Shown: positions 1 through 8,555 of the stretch, piece after piece
Numbering within the stretch: the stretch's first letter is position 1
Layout: every line of letters begins with the position of its first letter
From: a virus
Strand: one strand, 5' to 3'
DNA length: 49,085 nt
UHGV virus genome: UHGV-0323165
Position numbers and translations under genes: made by a program
Notes under the pieces: model-generated
Told to the model about the DNA's origin: nothing
The model's input: the letters and a program-made list of their open reading frames with translations, nothing else
The model's database searches: none

Positions 1-224
1 ACAATACCCTTTGGCTGGTCGAATATCTGGATGTGGTCAAGCTCGCTCAGCTCAAACGCCAGCTCATCATCGTCGCCCAGCTTTACGCCGTTGCGGACGA
101 TCAGCAGATCGCGGTGAAAGGTAGCGTCATTTGCCGCCAGCCAGTCATAAAAAAGGGTGCCTTTTGGCACCCTGCAACGCAGCTTAGGCGTTCCTGGAAA
201 ATTCGATATCTCAACCAGCGCCAT
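1..224 (-). CDS. tail assembly protein I-like, partial (runs off left edge)
   Basis: Minus-strand ATG at 224 overlaps the last four codons of the K-like gene and the frame stays open to base 1 (MALVEISNFPGTPKLRCRVPKGTLFYDWLAANDATF...). It sits downstream of the K-like gene as lambda I does. It is absent from the ORF track because it is truncated. Confidence 0.45.
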   Translation of the reverse strand, partial: MALVEISNFPGTPKLRCRVPKGTLFYDWLAANDATFHRDLLIVRNGVKLGDDDELAFELSELDHIQIFDQPKGI

Positions 225-627
225 ATGAAAAGTACTCCACTTTGGTAAATGCACGCTGAATGACCAGCAGTGAGTCCATGCGCACGCTTCCGTTCTCGCC
301 GCGCGAGTGTAACGCCATCCGGTTCAGTACCAGGCCAACGTGTGCCGGTTGCGCGCCCCGGTACCCGACGAATATCCCGCCATCGACAGGTTTATCGACC
401 TGGCGCCAGAAAACGACGTCACCCTGATAGCAGGTGAAGAAGTCCTCACCGGCTTCGTAGTCCGGCGTCTGGTGCAGCTCAATGCCGAGAACGTGCCGGT
501 AATACAGTACGCATAATCCCCAGCAATCCACCATCTCGAACGAGCAGGCCCGGTTAGCCCAAGGCACGCCGATCATCTTCCGAATAAAATCAGAGGTACT
601 GAAGTCCCGTGTATTCGACTGGATCAT
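211..627 (-). CDS. tail assembly protein K-like (NlpC/P60-type Cys/His peptidase fold)
   Basis: 138 aa containing C..H residues (MVDCWGLC..H). It occupies the position after the L-like gene in the tail module. Confidence 0.65.
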   Translation of the reverse strand: MIQSNTRDFSTSDFIRKMIGVPWANRACSFEMVDCWGLCVLYYRHVLGIELHQTPDYEAGEDFFTCYQGDVVFWRQVDKPVDGGIFVGYRGAQPAHVGLVLNRMALHSRGENGSVRMDSLLVIQRAFTKVEYFSYGAG

Positions 628-1060
628 AAAGGCGACCGATGTTGTTATTTAATGGGTTGGTAATGGAAAGGGTTACAGATGCGGCATCTGAATCAACGTC
701 AACAGTCTTCACAAAAAGCGTCCAGTTTTTCATAGGCGCAGATGTATCTCCGCTATCGAAAATCTGCCTGGTAGCCGTGACTGGTGACAATCTTGAAACC
801 CCTTTCCATTTTTTCATCAGCGTTTTGATATCTGATGAAAGCCGCCCCAACTTAACAGTGGCGTCGATCACCGGCGTGCCGCTCTGCTGACTCTCTTCGA
901 TTTCAAAGCGCGCAGGCTTGTATACCTGACCTGCAAGCGTTTTTTCGAAGAACTGTTTGTCTACCAGACGCACATAACCGAAGGAAGGATGGTAAAAGGT
1001 AATTGTGTCGTAACTGCCGCGAATCGGCCGCTGTTGCTTGTACTCCCTTAGGCTCGGCAT
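590..1060 (-). CDS. minor tail protein L-like
   Basis: ORF 590..1138 trimmed to the internal Met at 1060 (MPSLREYKQQ...). This gives a TAATG overlap with the upstream gene stop. Second gene after the tape measure. Confidence 0.55.
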   Translation of the reverse strand: MPSLREYKQQRPIRGSYDTITFYHPSFGYVRLVDKQFFEKTLAGQVYKPARFEIEESQQSGTPVIDATVKLGRLSSDIKTLMKKWKGVSRLSPVTATRQIFDSGDTSAPMKNWTLFVKTVDVDSDAASVTLSITNPLNNNIGRLYDPVEYTGLQYL

Positions 1061-1557
1061 TACGGCACCCTCGGCAGTGATTCCGGATCGCGCCCGTCCG
1101 GATAACCAGTGACAACGATATCCAGCCATGAATCCCACGGCGGCGGCAGCTCAACAATGATGTCGTCGAACTCATCGTCGGCGTTGTACAGATGGTTAGC
1201 AATTACGGTTCCCGTCCAGGTCACCACTCCGCCGTCGATACTGGTTTGCACCGGCATCTGCGTGAAGTGAAGCTCCTGCTGCTGGAGACCGCTGCCGCCT
1301 AGGTTGATATTCATCCGGAACCAGTTCAGGCCCCGGTTGAGATAGTTTGGGCTGCGTAGCCACTGCTGGAATGCTCGCTCCTGTGCCAGAGTGAAGATCC
1401 ACGTCAGTGACCATGTCACTTTCAGGTCGTCGGTTTGATTCTCGAAGATTGCCGGTCCGACCGCTGGCTGATCGGTCTGGAACCCGGTATCGAGAGTCAT
1501 GTTTTTGCTGGCCTTCTGAGCCAGCGGCAGCCAGTCTGGATAGTCGATAATTGGCAT
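1060..1557 (-). CDS. minor tail protein M-like
   Basis: 165 aa immediately downstream of the tape measure. Its start overlaps the tape measure stop at 1557. Confidence 0.5.
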   Translation of the reverse strand: MPIIDYPDWLPLAQKASKNMTLDTGFQTDQPAVGPAIFENQTDDLKVTWSLTWIFTLAQERAFQQWLRSPNYLNRGLNWFRMNINLGGSGLQQQELHFTQMPVQTSIDGGVVTWTGTVIANHLYNADDEFDDIIVELPPPWDSWLDIVVTGYPDGRDPESLPRVP

Positions 1558-4235
1558 CAGCCCTGACCCCTTGGCGTGCGTTTGGCAGTAGTATTTCCTG
1601 TGATTGCCTGACTCATAATGCCCCCATTGTTCATATCGGCAACGAACGCCTCGACAGTCAGAGTATTTCCAGCTTGCGTGGCTCTGGCGTCATACATATG
1701 CTGTCCTGATGACATATCATTGAATATGACGCTAACCTGAATTCCACCGCCTCCGGCAGTCATGTCCTTATTGCTGATCACCCTGCCATTGTCGCCCGGT
1801 ATCATGTACTGCTTACCGGTGCTGGCCTGGTAAATCTCCGGCATTCCGCCTTCGCCGACCTGGTACATGCTGCCAGCAGATACAGGTCCACCGTTCTTCC
1901 TTGCGCCAGCAACCGCCAGCGTCTTCGACAACCCTACGGTTGAAGCTATCCCGGCCATTGCGGGAACAGAGTTCGCACCGAATGATGCCAGACTCGCAAG
2001 GGCAGCTGCTGGAGCCCAGGCCGAAGCGAGAATCGCCGCCTGAGATGCTCCAGCAGCAGTAGCTGCTGCGCCCAATGTCTGACCGATAATGAAGTTTTTG
2101 AGTGCCTCAACCCCAACCTGGACTAGCGCATTGACCACGCTGTTCAGCATCGTATTCCCGAGCGAACGCATAGCATCCTGCGCTGACATCGTTCCGGTGA
2201 TCAGCCCGGTTAACGCATTGGATGCATTGCCTGAAAACGCATCCACCGCGTTTGTCAGCATTTCATAACCAAGACCTTGCTGGCTGAGCAATTGCCACTG
2301 AGCGGCTGTCATCTGCTCATTGAACTGGTTTTCCTGCGCAGTCTTTAAGGCAAGGTACTGGGCATCGGTAGCTGCTTTTGCAGCAACGAACTGATCGTAA
2401 TTTATTTTCCCTTTTTGGTAACTTTGCTGGAGTATCGCCTGTTCCTGCTGCTGATATTGCTGCATCAGGGCTAACTTCTGGTTATTTTCGTTCACCAGTT
2501 GCTGTACCGGGTCAACTTCGGCTCGGGCAGAAGCTACCGGATTGACTGTGGCCTGGGCGTTAATCTTGGCGAGGTTATTCTGGTGCTCGAGCGCCATTTT
2601 CTCCGTGGCAGCGTTATACTCCTTGAGGTCTATTTTCCCAGCGTTCAGTGCGGCCTTCAGATTTTGCATGGATTCGGCGTAGGATTTATTCTCCGCCTGC
2701 AAAGGCATTGCATTAAGTGCTTCCGTAACCCCTTTAGCTGCCGCTGATGCATCCCATGCTTTTGCTGCATATTCACCGGCCTTTTTGATTTGCTCCTGGG
2801 TTGCAGAATTACCCAGTGACTGCTGAGCACGTAATATAGCCTGCTCTCTGCTTAGCTCCTCAGTTGAATCAGCTGCCAATTCTGACTGCTGACGCAAATT
2901 TTCAAGCTTATTTGCAATTGATTCGGACTGCGCCTCAGTTTTCTTGCCAGTTTTATTGCTTTCCTTTCTTGCCTCGGTTATTCGGTACGTCTCCGCATAT
3001 TCATCCTGAAGGGTCTTGATGCGTTTCGGATCCGTAACCCCAGCATCGGCAGCATCATACTGAGCTTGAAGTCTTGCTCTTGCCTCTCCTTCCAGTTTGG
3101 CTAGAGCGAGCCTGCGCTCAGAGTTTTTCACCAGCTTTGATGTTGCTGCATCGTCTCCGCTTGTTTCGGTCTTGAACCCTTGGTTGTTCTTAGCATCCCT
3201 TGCTGCTTTAGATCTGATGTGAGCAATTTCACCTTCGACCTGCTTTAACTGAACTGCGGCCTGCGCACGACGAGCCTGGAACACGGAGTCTGTCTCATAC
3301 CAACGCTGACCATCTTTAAGCTCGGAGTTTAATTCTTGCTGTAGCTTGATAAGCTTCGGCATCCTGGCAGCATCACCGACATTTTTATTGTAGTAATTAA
3401 GATTATCAGCAACACTTTGCATCAACCCCGCCAGGGTCGAGGTTAAGCCAATCGCATTATTGATGTCGTTAATGGCGTTTTTAAATGCTACGTCCAGACT
3501 ATTTTTCGCCCTGTCGATATTGACAGGCATCTTGTCGAACTCTTCGTTAACAGACTGGGATTGTTTTTGAATAGCGTTAAGGGCATCTTCAGCCGTTAAC
3601 TTGCCCTCCAGCATTCTCTTGCGGAGATCACCAATCGATATTCCAAGTCCAGACGCAATCTGGCGAGCAAGCTCTGGCATTTGCTCAAGGATGGAGTTGA
3701 ACTCTTCGGCTCGTACAGTGCCGCCAGCGATTGACTGCCCGAACTGGCGAAGTGCGTTAGCCATTTCCTCAGAGGATGAACCGCCTATGGTGCCTATCTT
3801 TTGAAGCGTAGAAGTAAGAGCAAGGATCTGGGAGTTTGTTGCTCCTGCGCTTTTTAATGCTGTGGTTAGTGATTCCCACAAACGCTCTGTTTCAGAAAGG
3901 CTGTTACCTGTTTGTGATGCAATAGCTGAAAGAGCTGACATAGTCTCTTTCGCTGTATCAATACTTGGGCTGAGCCTGGTGATTCTGGCCTGCAAGGTGG
4001 CCATCTCATCACCAATCGCAATGAGCTTTTTGGCTGCATCGATGGTGAAAGCTGCGGCAATCGCCACCCCGACCTTATTGAGCGCGCCCTCAAAACGTCC
4101 TACAGACCGAGAGGTTGAATCAAACTTACCCTCCATCTGGTCTAAACGTTTATTTACCTGCTTCTGAGCCTGAATAAGGCCTGCAACATTAGCCTCAATG
4201 TCGTAATAAATCTCACCCGCTTTTTCAGCCATCAT
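1557..4235 (-). CDS. tail tape measure protein
   Basis: Roughly 890 aa, alpha-helical, coiled-coil and Ala/Gln-rich. The C-terminal hydrophobic Gly/Ala stretch is typical of tape measure proteins. A GGAG motif sits upstream of the MMAEK start at 4235. The first ATG of the ORF track (4247) overlaps a terminator hairpin. Confidence 0.9.
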   Translation of the reverse strand: MMAEKAGEIYYDIEANVAGLIQAQKQVNKRLDQMEGKFDSTSRSVGRFEGALNKVGVAIAAAFTIDAAKKLIAIGDEMATLQARITRLSPSIDTAKETMSALSAIASQTGNSLSETERLWESLTTALKSAGATNSQILALTSTLQKIGTIGGSSSEEMANALRQFGQSIAGGTVRAEEFNSILEQMPELARQIASGLGISIGDLRKRMLEGKLTAEDALNAIQKQSQSVNEEFDKMPVNIDRAKNSLDVAFKNAINDINNAIGLTSTLAGLMQSVADNLNYYNKNVGDAARMPKLIKLQQELNSELKDGQRWYETDSVFQARRAQAAVQLKQVEGEIAHIRSKAARDAKNNQGFKTETSGDDAATSKLVKNSERRLALAKLEGEARARLQAQYDAADAGVTDPKRIKTLQDEYAETYRITEARKESNKTGKKTEAQSESIANKLENLRQQSELAADSTEELSREQAILRAQQSLGNSATQEQIKKAGEYAAKAWDASAAAKGVTEALNAMPLQAENKSYAESMQNLKAALNAGKIDLKEYNAATEKMALEHQNNLAKINAQATVNPVASARAEVDPVQQLVNENNQKLALMQQYQQQEQAILQQSYQKGKINYDQFVAAKAATDAQYLALKTAQENQFNEQMTAAQWQLLSQQGLGYEMLTNAVDAFSGNASNALTGLITGTMSAQDAMRSLGNTMLNSVVNALVQVGVEALKNFIIGQTLGAAATAAGASQAAILASAWAPAAALASLASFGANSVPAMAGIASTVGLSKTLAVAGARKNGGPVSAGSMYQVGEGGMPEIYQASTGKQYMIPGDNGRVISNKDMTAGGGGIQVSVIFNDMSSGQHMYDARATQAGNTLTVEAFVADMNNGGIMSQAITGNTTAKRTPRGQG

Positions 4236-4237
4236 TA

Positions 4238-4267
4238 GCTCCGGCAATAAAAAACCCGCCGAAGCGG
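4238..4267 (-). terminator. rho-independent terminator between the G/GT-position gene and the tape measure gene
   Basis: Minus-strand aacccgc-ttcg-gcgggtt hairpin followed by TTTTTTATT. Confidence 0.55.
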
Positions 4268-4268
4268 G

Positions 4269-5012
4269 TTAACTTTTTCTTTTTGAGGACTTTTCGCGCT
4301 CAATCATTTCCTGCCAGCGGCGATCGTCATCGTCCATAACAGCATCATACTCTTCCCTGGTGAAGCCTTTCTGGTCAGGATATTTGGCGTTAAGCATCAT
4401 GGCGAATTCGGTCATGGTAAGGTTTTCAGCCTCTTCCCTGCTGATCCCGAAATGGTTGCGCGCCGCCATGATGTATTCAGTCGCATGAAACTCCGGTGTC
4501 GTTTCCTTGCTTTCGTGCTTCTGCAACTTACGAACCTTGGCCCGTCCGATAACGCCATGCATGATCAGCGACTGAGCTATCAGAATCAGGTTCTCAGGCG
4601 GGAGAGTGCCACGGCGCCATACAAACGTTCGCCGTCCAGTGCGTGATGGCTCATGCCAGCCTGTCAGCTCTGAAACGTCCTCGTCACAGCAGGACTGGAT
4701 GACATTAATGGCCGAGAGAAGCGCCTCACGCACAAACGCGGCAGAGCCTGCTGCATCAAGTGCCCACCGAGGCAGGGAAACATCGCCGAAGTAATGAGCG
4801 TAAAATCTGCGCTGATGCTCTGGTATCGCACTGTGAATCTCTCGCGCCGCTTCAAGCATCTTTGCCACATCGTCATTGAACAGCGCATAGAAGGTGCGGA
4901 CGATATGCTCTGGCTCGCCGATCCGAGTCATGTTACGGAACGATGGCCGGAAGAAGTATTCACGGCCGCCAGCACCAATCAGGCACTCGCCAATCTCTTT
5001 CAAAGGTGTCAT
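4269..5012 (-). CDS. putative tail assembly chaperone (G/GT position), single 247-aa ORF
   Basis: Lies between the major tail protein and the tape measure. Start taken at MTPLKEIGE (5012) with GGAGA 5 nt upstream. Acidic C-terminus. No frameshift site was verified. Confidence 0.4.
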   Translation of the reverse strand: MTPLKEIGECLIGAGGREYFFRPSFRNMTRIGEPEHIVRTFYALFNDDVAKMLEAAREIHSAIPEHQRRFYAHYFGDVSLPRWALDAAGSAAFVREALLSAINVIQSCCDEDVSELTGWHEPSRTGRRTFVWRRGTLPPENLILIAQSLIMHGVIGRAKVRKLQKHESKETTPEFHATEYIMAARNHFGISREEAENLTMTEFAMMLNAKYPDQKGFTREEYDAVMDDDDRRWQEMIEREKSSKRKS

Positions 5013-5062
5013 ATCGTTCTCCATAACCAGTATCAAGGGCAGCACGCCGCCCTTTGTAGTGA

Positions 5063-5818
5063 TTACGGCGCAGCAGTCACGGTAACAGCGCAGGTATCGG
5101 TGAAGTCACCATCTGCGGTTGTAGCCGTAATAGTCGCGGTGCCGGCGGCGACTGCTGTTACCAGGCCGGTTGAGCTGACAGTGGCGATAGATGCCGCCGA
5201 AGTCGTCCAGGTGATCGCCTTGTTAGTCGCATCGGTTGGCTGAACTGCACCGCTCAGCTGCTGGGTTGCGCCAACCACCAGAGATGCAGTTGCAGGGGTA
5301 ACTTCAACGCCAGTGGCCGCGATGGAATCAGCGACTTCAAACACAACGGTGTCGGCGTCGTAGACCTTCCACTCTCCAGAGAAGGTGGAGATATCGTTGG
5401 TACCGAAGTCACCAGACCATGAAGTTGTGTTCATGTAACCCTGGATGTAAGTACCGGCGTTCTCACCCGCGAAGTCGAAACGAACCCACAGGTTAGGCTG
5501 ACGGCCTGCCTGTACTTCGTCAAAGATGTACTTCGACAGACGCCACGCGCCGATCTCGTTATCTTTGTCAGACTTACGAAACTCACCTTCACCGGAGATC
5601 GTCAGATCCATGTTGTTGACCAGGTTCTCCACCAGCCCTTTAGCATCATCTGCCTCGGAGTTGATGGTATTCATCGAATAGTCGATACCCTTGGTCGTCA
5701 TAGCGCCGAGACGCTTCCACTCGGAAAGCGCTGGAACTGCGTCGGGGCAGCCAAAGGCCATGCGTAGCACAGCTACTTTCCCGATCAGCTTGCCAAAATC
5801 ATTAGCACAGCCTTGCAT
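5063..5818 (-). CDS. major tail protein with C-terminal Ig-like (Big_2) domain
   Basis: The N-terminal part resembles lambda gpV (LSEWKRL..). The C-terminus is a Thr/Ala/Val-rich Ig-like repeat (ATGVEVTPATASLVVGATQQL...). GAGAGG RBS 6 nt upstream. Confidence 0.8.
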   Translation of the reverse strand: MQGCANDFGKLIGKVAVLRMAFGCPDAVPALSEWKRLGAMTTKGIDYSMNTINSEADDAKGLVENLVNNMDLTISGEGEFRKSDKDNEIGAWRLSKYIFDEVQAGRQPNLWVRFDFAGENAGTYIQGYMNTTSWSGDFGTNDISTFSGEWKVYDADTVVFEVADSIAATGVEVTPATASLVVGATQQLSGAVQPTDATNKAITWTTSAASIATVSSTGLVTAVAAGTATITATTADGDFTDTCAVTVTAAP

Positions 5819-5833
5819 GTGTACCTCTCAAAT

Positions 5834-5857
5834 AAAAAAGGCCGCCGGATGGCAGCC
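5834..5857 (-). terminator. rho-independent terminator upstream of the major tail gene
   Basis: Minus strand ggctgcc-atcc-ggcggcc hairpin (one G-U pair) followed by TTTTTT. Confidence 0.45.
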
Positions 5858-5876
5858 TGATGGGTTGGTGATTGGG

Positions 5877-6260
5877 TTATTCGCCGTAGACGCACATGAA
5901 CTGGAGTCTGAAGACCAGGCGCCCCTCTTCGGTCAGGATGGGTGCAGGCATATTGCCGAGGTTTTGAATAAGGCCAAGGCATTCGTCGTTAATGTCGTTC
6001 TGTTCGACATAATTGATGATTTCCTGAGCCTTCTCAGCGGCTGCGCGGCGCTTATCTTTGGCGGAAATGACATCCACCAGCACGTAGTGATCAGAACCGA
6101 GGTCATTTCGGATGTCGGTACCGCCGTTAGGCCGGAACACGATGAAAGCGTCGGTTAACTTCGTTGTGTCGTCCCACGCCAGCAGCTGAACGATGAATCC
6201 AGTGGTAAGCCCGGCATCAACGAAATAGTTACGCACGCGCTCATACATGGCTGGTGTCAT
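5877..6260 (-). CDS. tail terminator / tail completion protein (gpU-like position)
   Basis: 127 aa directly upstream of the major tail gene, matching HK97/lambda gene order. Confidence 0.45.
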   Translation of the reverse strand: MTPAMYERVRNYFVDAGLTTGFIVQLLAWDDTTKLTDAFIVFRPNGGTDIRNDLGSDHYVLVDVISAKDKRRAAAEKAQEIINYVEQNDINDECLGLIQNLGNMPAPILTEEGRLVFRLQFMCVYGE

Positions 6261-6625
6261 ACTGAAAGCTCCTTGCGCATCACGGCATCAATCTGGCTGC
6301 GGGCGTCTTCAAAGCCTTTGGTGAGGAACTCTTTCTGCGCGGTGGCACGGCGAAATGTTTGCGGCACATTCGGGTCGTGAACGAAAACAGCGTAATTCGC
6401 CGTGTAACCCACACGACCTGTCAGCCGAACGCCGCTGTTTATCAACTCCCGATACTGGCTATTAAGCAGCGTTGAGGTGTCGATCGGCGTATAAAGCGCG
6501 GCCTGAGAGCTGCCGATTATCATTGCTGACTGTAGCGACCGGACAATCTTTCGCCCTTTCACGTCGTTTATGATGCGGTTGAGCCCGGCTTTAGACTGCT
6601 TAACGCCACGCACTTTAATGCCCAT
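6257..6625 (-). CDS. HK97 gp10-like head-tail joining protein
   Basis: 122 aa neck-module protein. ATGA-type overlap with its neighbours. Confidence 0.45.
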   Translation of the reverse strand: MGIKVRGVKQSKAGLNRIINDVKGRKIVRSLQSAMIIGSSQAALYTPIDTSTLLNSQYRELINSGVRLTGRVGYTANYAVFVHDPNVPQTFRRATAQKEFLTKGFEDARSQIDAVMRKELSV

Positions 6626-6627
6626 GG

Positions 6628-6978
6628 CTACACTCCCGTCAGGATGGCGTAATCATCCGACAGCCGCTCGAACGTGTCGGCATAGCGGATAACCTGCCGC
6701 ACCTCATCGGCACCAGCCACAACCGGGTCAGCCTCGGTAGAAACGCCAATCAGCAGATAATCACCTGCGGCCGCCAGCGCAAACTCCGTCCAGACGGTAT
6801 TCTTCACGACGATTTCGGCGCCAAGACTGGCTAACTTCTTGCTGAGCCCGCCCTCGTAATCACAGAGTATTTGCTCAGGTTCGGCATAGCCCAGCGGGTC
6901 GCCGTATTCGTCATTGCCTTCAAGCTTGCGCCAGATGGTGGCTGTCGCGGTGTAACTCCACGAAGCAATACTCGACAT
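6628..6978 (-). CDS. head-tail adaptor / head closure protein
   Basis: Trimmed to MSSIASWSY (6978), which is preceded by GGAAGGAGGG. About 116 aa. Confidence 0.45.
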   Translation of the reverse strand: MSSIASWSYTATATIWRKLEGNDEYGDPLGYAEPEQILCDYEGGLSKKLASLGAEIVVKNTVWTEFALAAAGDYLLIGVSTEADPVVAGADEVRQVIRYADTFERLSDDYAILTGV

Positions 6979-7152
6979 CAGCCCTCCTTCCAGCGCAGCA
7001 CCTTCGCGCCAGTCGCCCGGATGCGCGGGCAGTTGATGTGCCACTCCCCGTCCGATTTCACGTAGCCAGTAGTCTCCCGCCCGGTGTCGGTCATCACCCA
7101 TACGCGGGTGAACGAACGCGGCAGCCCGTGCTTAACTGATTTGTACGTCATC

Positions 7153-7186
7153 ACTTACTCCAATAAAAAACCAGCCGTAGCGGGTT
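7153..7186 (-). terminator. possible terminator after the HNH gene
   Basis: Imperfect hairpin plus a T6 run on the minus strand. Confidence 0.3.
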
Positions 7187-7195
7187 TAATTAGCC

Positions 7196-7687
7196 TTACA
7201 CGTTCCTAGCAAATTCGCCGTGAAGGGATGATCTCGTATTTCTCAGCCACTCTTCGACTTCGTGACGCGATTTAGATGAAAAATGATTGCGTACACCTTT
7301 AACCTGAACACTGCCTCGCCATGCTGCGTCCGCCTTGTTCCAAGTCAGCCCCTTAACGCCGGTGGTATTTTTAGCGCTGCGTTTTTGGTTTTGAAGATTT
7401 TCTGAGACGCTGGCAACTCGTAGATTGCTAATATCATTATTGACCCTAACCCCGTCAATGTGATCAATCTGCAAGCCCTCGGGTATTTCTCCATTGTGGA
7501 GTTGCCAAACAATGCGATGAGCGGCTATTTCTTTGCCGTTAAGCTTCGTTCGGTAATAACCATAGGAACTTATGGACCCTACTGGATCGCCTGCTTTTAT
7601 TCTTCGACCAACATTTATTTTCCATCTAAGAAATGACGGTGAGGTCGGGTCATATGAAAAATATTCAGATAGAATATGGCTAGCCAT
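7196..7687 (-). CDS. HNH homing endonuclease with AP2-type DNA-binding domain
   Basis: HNH-like His/Asn motifs (..AAHRIVWQLHNGEIPEGLQIDHIDGVRVNNDISNLRVAS..) followed by an AP2-like C-terminus. It is a paralog of 38894..39532 and is inserted between the connector and adaptor genes. Start MASHIL has GGAGGT 7 nt upstream. Confidence 0.8.
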   Translation of the reverse strand: MASHILSEYFSYDPTSPSFLRWKINVGRRIKAGDPVGSISSYGYYRTKLNGKEIAAHRIVWQLHNGEIPEGLQIDHIDGVRVNNDISNLRVASVSENLQNQKRSAKNTTGVKGLTWNKADAAWRGSVQVKGVRNHFSSKSRHEVEEWLRNTRSSLHGEFARNV

Positions 7688-7796
7688 GCTCGTTACCTCC
7701 ATAACGACGATGTGGTTAGAGCCGAATCCATGTTAGCGCATGATTCGGCTTGTTTATTTTACCACCAACTGTTTATTCAAACAGTATTAATCGTCG

Positions 7797-8195
7797 TTAT
7801 TTTTGGCAAAAACATCCGCCCTTACCGATCCAGATACCAGCGAATGCCGGGGTGGCGGTAGGGTCGGCAGGAATAAGGGAGGTTGCACAACCGTACTTAT
7901 CCAGCCCGCGCAGCAGGTTCACTGATGCTTTCCAGCGGTCGGTGAACGACTGGTACCGGAATGAGCGCGACGCCCCGCTTGGAGCCGTCTGACTGGAGAT
8001 GTATTTGTCCCCCTGCCCGAGCCCCATAAGCGCCAGCAGATAGAGCTGAATCAGTAGCGCTGTAGCTGGTGAGTAGTGCGCATCGAGGCATTCCTGAATG
8101 CTATTGGCCTGCTCTACGAGCGCCTCTAAGATGAAATCAGGCAGCGTGATACCGACTGACTTCAGATATTCCTTGGCCTGTTCTGTGGTGATCAT
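7797..8195 (-). CDS. head-tail connector protein (gp6-like)
   Basis: 132 aa in the position after the capsid gene cluster. Confidence 0.5.
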   Translation of the reverse strand: MITTEQAKEYLKSVGITLPDFILEALVEQANSIQECLDAHYSPATALLIQLYLLALMGLGQGDKYISSQTAPSGASRSFRYQSFTDRWKASVNLLRGLDKYGCATSLIPADPTATPAFAGIWIGKGGCFCQK

Positions 8196-8225
8196 GCGAG
8201 CCTCTGACAGCCCTCCGGAGAGGGC

Positions 8226-8248
8226 ATAAAAAAACCGCCTTAGCGGCG
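8226..8248 (-). terminator. rho-independent terminator between the small post-capsid gene and the connector gene
   Basis: Minus strand ccgcc-gctaa-ggcgg hairpin followed by T7. Confidence 0.5.
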
Positions 8249-8252
8249 GCTG

Positions 8253-8546
8253 TTATTCAGCAGGGAAAAGCTTTTCGAGCTCGCCGTCAGGCAACAGCTC
8301 ACTGAGCTTTTCAGCGCCCAGGGTGCCTTTAAACTCAATCCCCAGCTCAGTAAGGCGGTCCTGAATAATCTCCTTGCGAGATTTCTCGCCAGTACCGGCA
8401 CCAGGTGTCGACGGGGTAAGTTCTCCGCCTGCCTCACCATTCATGAGACGGACGTTAGACTTCAGCGCCGGGTGCACTTCTTTCAACTCCACCACGTCGC
8501 CAACCTTAACGCCGAACCACGCGCGCACAACTTCGTATTTAGCCAT
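8253..8546 (-). CDS. small protein with C-terminal HeH/SAP-like motif
   Basis: 97 aa. AAGGA RBS. The C-terminus (LTELGIEFKGTLGAEKLSELL) resembles a HeH/Rho-N fold. Lies directly after the major capsid gene. Confidence 0.5.
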   Translation of the reverse strand: MAKYEVVRAWFGVKVGDVVELKEVHPALKSNVRLMNGEAGGELTPSTPGAGTGEKSRKEIIQDRLTELGIEFKGTLGAEKLSELLPDGELEKLFPAE

Positions 8547-8555
8547 GCTGTTTCC

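Noticed and set aside
33-248. Plus-strand 71-aa ORF at the window start
   Set aside because: It overlaps the minus-strand I-like and K-like tail genes on the opposite strand, has no RBS, and conflicts with the conserved gene order.
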